From: Octopus vulgaris
Taxonomy: Eukaryota
NCBI GenBank assembly: GCA_951406725.2
Contig: OX597828.1
Span: 75,640,001 to 75,704,000, forward strand
Direction of reading: 5' to 3'
Length of the DNA: 64,000 bases
Shown here: one piece after another, positions 54,459-64,000 of the stretch
Numbering within the stretch: the stretch's first letter is position 1
How the letters are laid out: every line of letters begins with the position of its first letter
Program-made: the position numbers and the translations under genes
Notes under the pieces: model-generated
Told to the model about the DNA's origin: nothing
The model's database searches: none
What the model saw: the letters and a program-made list of their open reading frames with translations, nothing else

Positions 54459-54621
54459 CGACAGGCTTCTTTCAGTTTCCGTCTACCAAATCCACTCACA
54501 AGGCATTGGTCGGCCCGGGGCTATAGCAGAAGACACTTGCCCAAGATGCCACGTAGTGGGACTGAACCCGGAACCATAGGTTGGTTAGCAAGCTGCTTAC
54601 CACACAGCCACACCTGCGCCT
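54459..54621 (-). mobile_element. SINE family A, 5' half
   Basis: ggcgcaggtgtggctgtgtggtaag...ggttcagtcccactac...gaaactgaaagaagcctgtcg on the minus strand. Confidence 0.9.
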
Positions 54622-55710
<1,089 letters not shown>

Positions 55711-56516
55711 TTGATTGATTGATTGATTGATTCCAGTTTCAGCTCATGAGCTGTGGCCATGCTGGGGCACCGCCATTTGGTGTTGCTACTTGGTTTCACT
55801 TCATGGAGGCTTTTTAGCAACTGCTATTTGGTGCATGAGAGAGTCTGATGCAGCTGCCCTCATCTGCCCCTCCTGCCGTGAAGTTGGTTCATCTGGGACA
55901 CCTGACAGGAAGAGCTCCAGCTCCATTTTAAAGACATCTGTATCCACCCCATGCAGGTCTCTCAGGTTCATCGGGAGGATATTGAAGAGCTGTGGGCCTC
56001 GGAAGCCCAGGCTATCACAGAATCTTGTCCTACATCTTGATGGCAAGTTTGGAGTCCTAGGCACCACGCAGTGGCGCCCAGTTCTGGCGTTTGCGTAACT
56101 CTCGATGCCAAAGTTCAGGACACTTCCCTCCAGGATCTTCCAGATGTATATTATGGCATATCTTTCCCGCCTACGCTCCAGGGGATATAATTTTAATCTC
56201 TTGAGTCTTTCCCAGTAGCTTACATTCTGCATAGAGGCTATCTTCTTCGTGTAGCTTCGTTGGATCGCCTCAAGTTCTGTGATCAACTTGACACTGGATG
56301 GTGACCATAGCTGAGAGCAATAGTCAAAGTGACTTAGGACAAGTGTCTTCCAGAGGACCATCATGGTTTCTTGTTCTCTTGTTCTAAAGGTTCTAAGAAT
56401 CCATCCAGCCAGGCGTCTGCATTTCACTGTCAGTTTAGCAACATGTACATGAAAGGTCGCGTCATCACTCATGTGAATACCCAGGTCACGCACTGATTGT
56501 GCCTCTGGGATTGCAA
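55711..56516 (-). mobile_element. 5'-truncated CR1-like LINE (ORF2 C-terminus 56513-55801, 3' UTR, (CAAT)n tail)
   Basis: Open frame VRDLGI...WILRTF...LWKTLVLSHFDYCSQLWSP...LEAIQR...SYWERLKRLKLYPLERRRER, typical of CR1/L2-group RT C-termini. Confidence 0.92.
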
Positions 56517-58095
<1,579 letters not shown>

Positions 58096-58210
58096 AGGCG
58101 CAGGAGTGGCTGTGTGGTAAGTAGTTTGCTTACCAGCCACATGGTTCCGGGTTCAGTCCTACTGCACAGTACCTTGAGCAAGTGTCTTCTACTATAGCCT
58201 TGAGCCGACC
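58096..58210 (+). mobile_element. SINE family A head
   Basis: ggcgcaggagtggctgtgtggtaag...ggttcagtcc...caagtgtcttctactatagccttgagccgacc. Confidence 0.9.
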
Positions 58211-58689
58211 TTCATGTCGTCTGTGCAAGCCGTATGCCAGAAATATGTCCCAGAGCACAAGGCCAAAACAAATAGGTGCAAGATTCCAAGGGACAGGAAG
58301 ATCCTCATGAGACGACGGATGAAGGTTGCAAATCGTCTCAACCAACATCTCAAATGTAGCAAAACGTCCCGCATAAAAACAACACTGAGGGAGATCGAAA
58401 AAAGGCTGCAACAATCCTACGTGAGGGAGAAAGCAGACAAAGAAGCCTAGGTTATAAAAACATTAAATCAAACCCAAAGGCCTTCTTTCATTACGCGAAA
58501 GAAACAGTCTCAGTATACTACAAGATAGGACCCCTCCTCCAAAAGGATGGCTCCCTCACAGACAGTCCAACTAAGATCAGTGAGATGCTGAATGACCAGT
58601 TCAAAAGTGTCTTTACTACCCCGTTGGAATACAGACAAGTGAACGAACCAGTGGACTTCTTTACCGCCTCACCTATAACCAGCGAGGTT
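58211..58689 (+). mobile_element. CR1-like LINE ORF2 linker fragment (between EN and RT) with an in-frame stop
   Basis: ...KYVPEHK...EKADKEA*VIKNIKSNPKAFFHYAK...IGPL...EMLNDQFKSVFT, with characteristic IKxNPKxFxxY and LNxxFxSVFT motifs. Confidence 0.85.
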
Positions 58690-58785
58690 ATATATATGTA
58701 TATATATATACATATATATACATATATATATACATATATGTAAATACACGCATATATATATATATATATATATATTATTATATAT

Positions 58786-58905
58786 TCTTTTACTCTTTTA
58801 CTCTTTTACTTGTTTCAGCCATCCGGCTGAGGCCATGCTGGTGCACCGCCCTTGTTGCTACCCTCTCTAAGTCCAGTTTGCCGTGGCTGGCCACTGATCT
58901 AAGAG
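58786..58905 (-). mobile_element. 3' terminus of a related LINE/SINE
   Basis: Minus strand gtagcaacaagggcggtgcaccagcatggcctcagccggatggctgaaac + (gtaaaaga)n. Confidence 0.7.
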
Positions 58906-58988
58906 AGAGTTTGTACATATATATAAATACATATATACATATATATAAATAAATATATATAAATACATATATGTAAATACATATATAC

Positions 58989-59052
<64 letters not shown>

Positions 59053-59128
59053 TTATATATATATATATATATTATTTTTATATATATATATACGTTATAT
59101 ATTTTATATATATGTATATCATATATTT

Positions 59129-59159
<31 letters not shown>

Positions 59160-60676
59160 GTACATACTTATATATATGCACATACATATATATATATATA
59201 CATACATATATATATGTACATACATATATATATGTACATATATATATGTACATACACATACACACACACACACACACATATACATATATATATATATATA
59301 TATAAGGAGTGCTTTCTCGTACTAAAATCAGTTGTGAAAATCATCATTTCTACCATTACATACAAACTACCATCAGTAGTCGTCACAACGAATTCCCTCA
59401 TACCACAACTATCACCAGTAGGAAGACCAGAGTGGGAGTTGGAAGCTAAAGGATTGTGACGGTTAAATTTGTACTCAAGATGTTAAGGTATTTAATTAAA
59501 TACAATGAAGTATTATGGTCTACCGTTTGGAAAAGGGATTTAGTGACTATCGTCTGTTCTCCCACCCCTGCCCTAGTATTTGACCCAAGGAAAATAAACC
59601 TCAGAATCTGCCTCATCTATGTTTAAGCACGGAATTTAAAAAAAACCCCATTTCTGTCATATATTGAAGGCCTTGAATTGTACAGTGGGGTGCAATTGAT
59701 TAAGTTCAATAAAATGTTGCTTAGTACTTTTATTTAAGAACCCTTCGATCTCAGTGAGATTTGAACTCATCTTATGTATGGTTTACTTTCATTTATTATT
59801 GACAATATATCTGGTTTAAACCACACAACACCGTATTACAATCGATGTGTTAACGTATCAACTACGAATGTAGATTAATCCTATTGATTTCTTATAGAGG
59901 TACTCATCTTCGACATATCGATGATGAGATATTGATAATTGGATCACCCCTTGACCGCGACAGGTACTTATTTAATCGATCCAGATGTATGAACGGTGAA
60001 GGCGATGAACGGCGAAGACAGAAAGTTTGAAACTTTGAAAGGAACAAATTTAATTAATGAAACATGATTACTTGATGTCGTTACACAAAATTCAATCACT
60101 TGGCCAGCCTAGCAATACGTTACACCTCATTTTCGTGTTGTTTGATCAAATAACGACACCTAATGACTTCACTAAAAGCATTCACCAAAAAGATAAGTTT
60201 GGAATAGTTCTGAGAAGAAGTTTAGATTGGTCAGAGAAGCATTGAGTGATGGCATCAATCCTTTGACCATGTTGAGTCTCGTACCGACACATACTTATGA
60301 TGCACTAGAATATGACGGTTAGGGGAACAGTCTTCAATGGCCAGCAGCAAATATGCCAAGCAACGTTAGATTCAGTTCGCCTCGTATTTAACAATGATAG
60401 TGGGACTACCTACAATGTCAAAAATGTATTTCATTATCCTGCGGGCCGTTCGTAAGGCGCCAGTACTATGAAACGAAAATGCCGACAATACCGTTGCTTG
60501 GCATAAATACCACGGGGCCAATAAGAAGGCAAGTGTGGTCACTTCTCGTACTTTTGTGTTGTGGGACACACTGTCATCTTTCCCCACTTTCTTTAAGCAA
60601 ATTAAATGATTGGATGATTTACATACATCAAAGCATGTACACAGGTAGACATACAGTTACATGTCACACAGACAGT

Positions 60677-60743
<67 letters not shown>

Positions 60744-61139
60744 AAAGATGGATAGATGAATAGATAGAAAAATAGATTGATTATAATCAGACGTACTACT
60801 TTGTGGAGTGAAGTGATGTTGTTTTATACACTGAGTGTCAAATAACGTCAAACCCATATTTTTTTCTGAGAGTTATTAACATTAAAATGTTTAACTGGAA
60901 TTTGTGACTCCGATGTCTTTCTAAAAGATTTTACACTGGCTATCGCAGTCTGTTATTTCCACTTCAATTCTAGCACCACTCAATATTTTGCTGTGGAAAA
61001 TTCAATCGGGAAGTTGGAGAAAAAGGAAAAACAAATAACCGAAGCCGAATTGTTTCAAACCAAGAACGAAAATGATTCATTTACAGAAATTCTCTACATC
61101 TTAACTCTTGATCTGCTGGTGCACACCACACCTAAATAA

Positions 61140-61379
61140 CAATGGTTTCAAGTTTTGGTACAGCAAGGACAGCAAAATGGGGGTTTGGGGGGTAGTCAAT
61201 TACAGCCACCTCAGTTGTCAACTGATACTTATTTTATTGACCGCGAAAGGATGGAAGACAAAGTCAACCTCGACGAAATCTGAACTCAAAACGCAAAGAA
61301 GGGCGAAATGCCGCTAAGCATCTTGCCCGGCTCGGTAACGATTCTGCCAGTTCGCCGCCTTAATACTACTAATACTACA

Positions 61380-61475
<96 letters not shown>

Positions 61476-61630
61476 CCATTCCACTACAGGCATAAGGCCT
61501 GAAATTTGGGAGAGGGAGATAGTCGATTAAATCGAGCCCAGTACTTGACTGGTACTTAATTTATCGACCCCGAAAGGATGAAAGGCAAAGTCGACCTCGG
61601 CCGAATTTGAACTCAGAACGTAGCGCCTTA
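61140..61630 (-). mobile_element. Two tandem SINE family B copies separated by (TAC)n(TAA)n
   Basis: Copies at 61140-61361 and 61476-61630; trinucleotide array at 61362-61475. Confidence 0.85.
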
Positions 61631-62558
61631 ATAATGATAACAACAACAACAACAACAACGATAATAATAATATAAATAATGATAATTATAGTAATATCGC
61701 TTCAAATGTTGGCAATTTGGTGAGAGGATGTTTATATAACAACATTGACCTCAGTACCAGAATGTTACATCATTTTATAGACGACAGAGAGATGATAGGC
61801 CAAAGTCGATCTCGTTAAATGCATATTTGTTAATGTATTCAAACAAATAGTTTTTGAAAAGGCAGGGCGATCATAGTCGGAATGTTTGACAACAGGTCTG
61901 CTTAATCAGACTAAATAAAAGCAAATATTCTCACAATATCACACACATACATACCAGGCAATTTGAAAGGCAGAAGAAAAGTCTACCTTGCCGCTATTTG
62001 AAGAGAAGACAAAACGCACATAGATGAAAGTAAACTGTGTACTTAAATCGGATGCTCTACCGATTATATTATTGCATTCTTCCCAACCACGGAAACAGTG
62101 ATATCTCTAATACACAGAGGAATCTACACCTTGAGGGTTGCTTATATTTGTTATATACATCACTGGTGTTCTATTTCATCAAATCCATAAAGTCAGCTCG
62201 AGAAGAAATTGAACACAGGACTATTAAGGAACGTGTCATTCAATGACTTTTACGTGTAATCATGTTTTCTCTCCCGATTCAAATACGGTCCACGTTAGAT
62301 ACGTGTATAACATTAAACTCTTTTCACTTATAATTTTTTTTTTGTTAGGCAAGGACGGACAAGGCCGGAACTTTTCGAGGATGGCTTACTTGGTTGTTAA
62401 CCTCCCCACATCATGACTGGTATCTTTCTTTTATCATTTTCAGAACACATCAAAGACAGAGTTAAACTCGGCGGTATTTCAACGTCGGCTATAGAGAGTC
62501 GAAACAAATACCACAAAGTCTTCTATATGACACCCTGACAACTCAACACATGTAGTAA

Positions 62559-62599
<41 letters not shown>

Positions 62600-62630
62600 A
62601 AAGATTTCTTAAATTTTTTATGTTGATGTT

Positions 62631-62680
<50 letters not shown>

Positions 62681-62690
62681 TGTGTATATG

Positions 62691-62731
<41 letters not shown>

Positions 62732-62999
62732 ATGTATGTATAATTGCATATCTGGAGGTGATGCACTTAGTCATCGAGACCCTTTCAAAGAAGATTTAAC
62801 AATGAAAGTGAAGCCGGTTGTTCTGAGCAAAGAATCGAAACTAAGGAACACAATGACCGGCACCTAAGCTTGTTATTGTACTTGTACCTGTTCCTTTAGG
62901 ATATTTGCTGTTCATTTTATTCAGATAAACGAGACAACACTTCGTTCAGTTTGCGAAAACATTCGAACGCCAGTAGGGCGAACGAATTATGGCATAAAA

Positions 63000-63225
63000 T
63001 TACGAAAATTTGCCTTCCGTGTTCGAATTCAGGGAAAGTCGATTTCCCAGGGGGTTTTTTCCCCACGAATTTCCTTTCTTTTTATTATTACATTTGATTC
63101 ATTTATTGATTTTATTTCTTTACTGATGTTTATCCTCCAGGGTCGATAAACACAAATATCATTGAAATGTATCAGATGGTGTGGTTTGAAATCGACCGAA
63201 TTCCTCCCCTAGTTTCCTGGATCTC
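63000..63225 (+). mobile_element. Degenerate SINE family B
   Basis: gtgttcgaattc...tcctccagggtcgataaa...aatcgac. Confidence 0.4.
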
Positions 63226-63439
63226 TCTGTTAAGTTACAAGTCAATATAAATAAAAATTATTGTTGTTGTTGTGGCTGTTTTTGTTATTGTCAATGGATT
63301 GTTGTTGTTGTTGCTTAACTATACGTCAGCCGCAATCAAAATCTTCCGGTAGTGACGAGTCCATCCAGTTTTTAAGAGAATTTTTTTGGTTCAGTGATTC
63401 TGTACATGGAATCATATGGCAATCCATAGTTTGACACAA

Positions 63440-63640
63440 GTGGGATTTAGAAGGCGATTTTGGCAGCTATTTCTTGCACATAAATTGACCACATAAAGCT
63501 GGTTCCAATATTGGTATATAAGTAAAATATCAGGATAGAAAGCAAAGTAAAAGACGTGTAGATTGGTAAGAAGAATGGTAAAGTAAAGAATGGCTGATTC
63601 TCAGACTCTAAGAAGTAGCACCACAAGTGCATCATCGCGA
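63440..63640 (-). mobile_element. Possible very old CR1-like fragment
   Basis: FTYIPILEP in one frame and WSIYVQEIAAKI in another loosely resemble Y.RP.LEY...WSP...VQR.A.K.I. Confidence 0.3.
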
Positions 63641-64000
63641 TAATTGAAGTGATGTTATGATATACGTCATACGGTCTTTCAACGTTCTACCGAGAATCGA
63701 AAGAGGTTTCACGTGGTGCTACTGCAGCTGTAGATGTTACTGCTGTTGTTCATGCTGCTGCTGCTGCTGCTTGCCGGGAAACCAAATAATTCTTTACAGT
63801 GTTCGTCATTCTGTCTCGGTTCTAATGCTAAAGATAGGAAGAACATCGCTCAAGATTCTATCAAGATGACGAAGAGGAAGGACAAATATTAAATTCTTCT
63901 ATCATAACAGTTTTTTTTTTTTCTTTTGTTGATATGAAGCCCCTAATGAACCTTGATTTAAAAGAACTCTGATCAAAGGCAATCCATCCATGAAAACCAT

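Overview
AT-rich, microsatellite-saturated eukaryotic DNA with no intact protein-coding gene that I can support. The SINE families and the extreme (TA)n/(CA)n/(TATC)n load suggest a cephalopod, probably Octopus, intronic or intergenic region; this is inferred from repeat content only. Almost all ORFs in the track are microsatellite read-through. The recognisable content is transposon-derived. It includes many copies of two tRNA-derived SINE families and CR1-like LINE fragments, densest at 53.3-58.9 kb. It also includes RTE-like, HERO/R2-like and Penelope-like remnants, Helitrons (one clean non-autonomous copy plus a PIF1 helicase relic), a Chapaev3-like transposase relic, and several MITEs with clear TIRs/TSDs. 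The most notable observations are: a covarying 3' stem-loop shared by SINE family A and the CR1 LINE; a perfect 52-bp palindrome inside a SINE; a MITE carrying telomeric hexamers; a tRNA-Asn-like sequence in an extended hairpin; a scrambled LINE/SINE/microsatellite mosaic; and a candidate minus-strand promoter and first exon near 44.9 kb. I did not find convincing evidence of a wholly new biological system.
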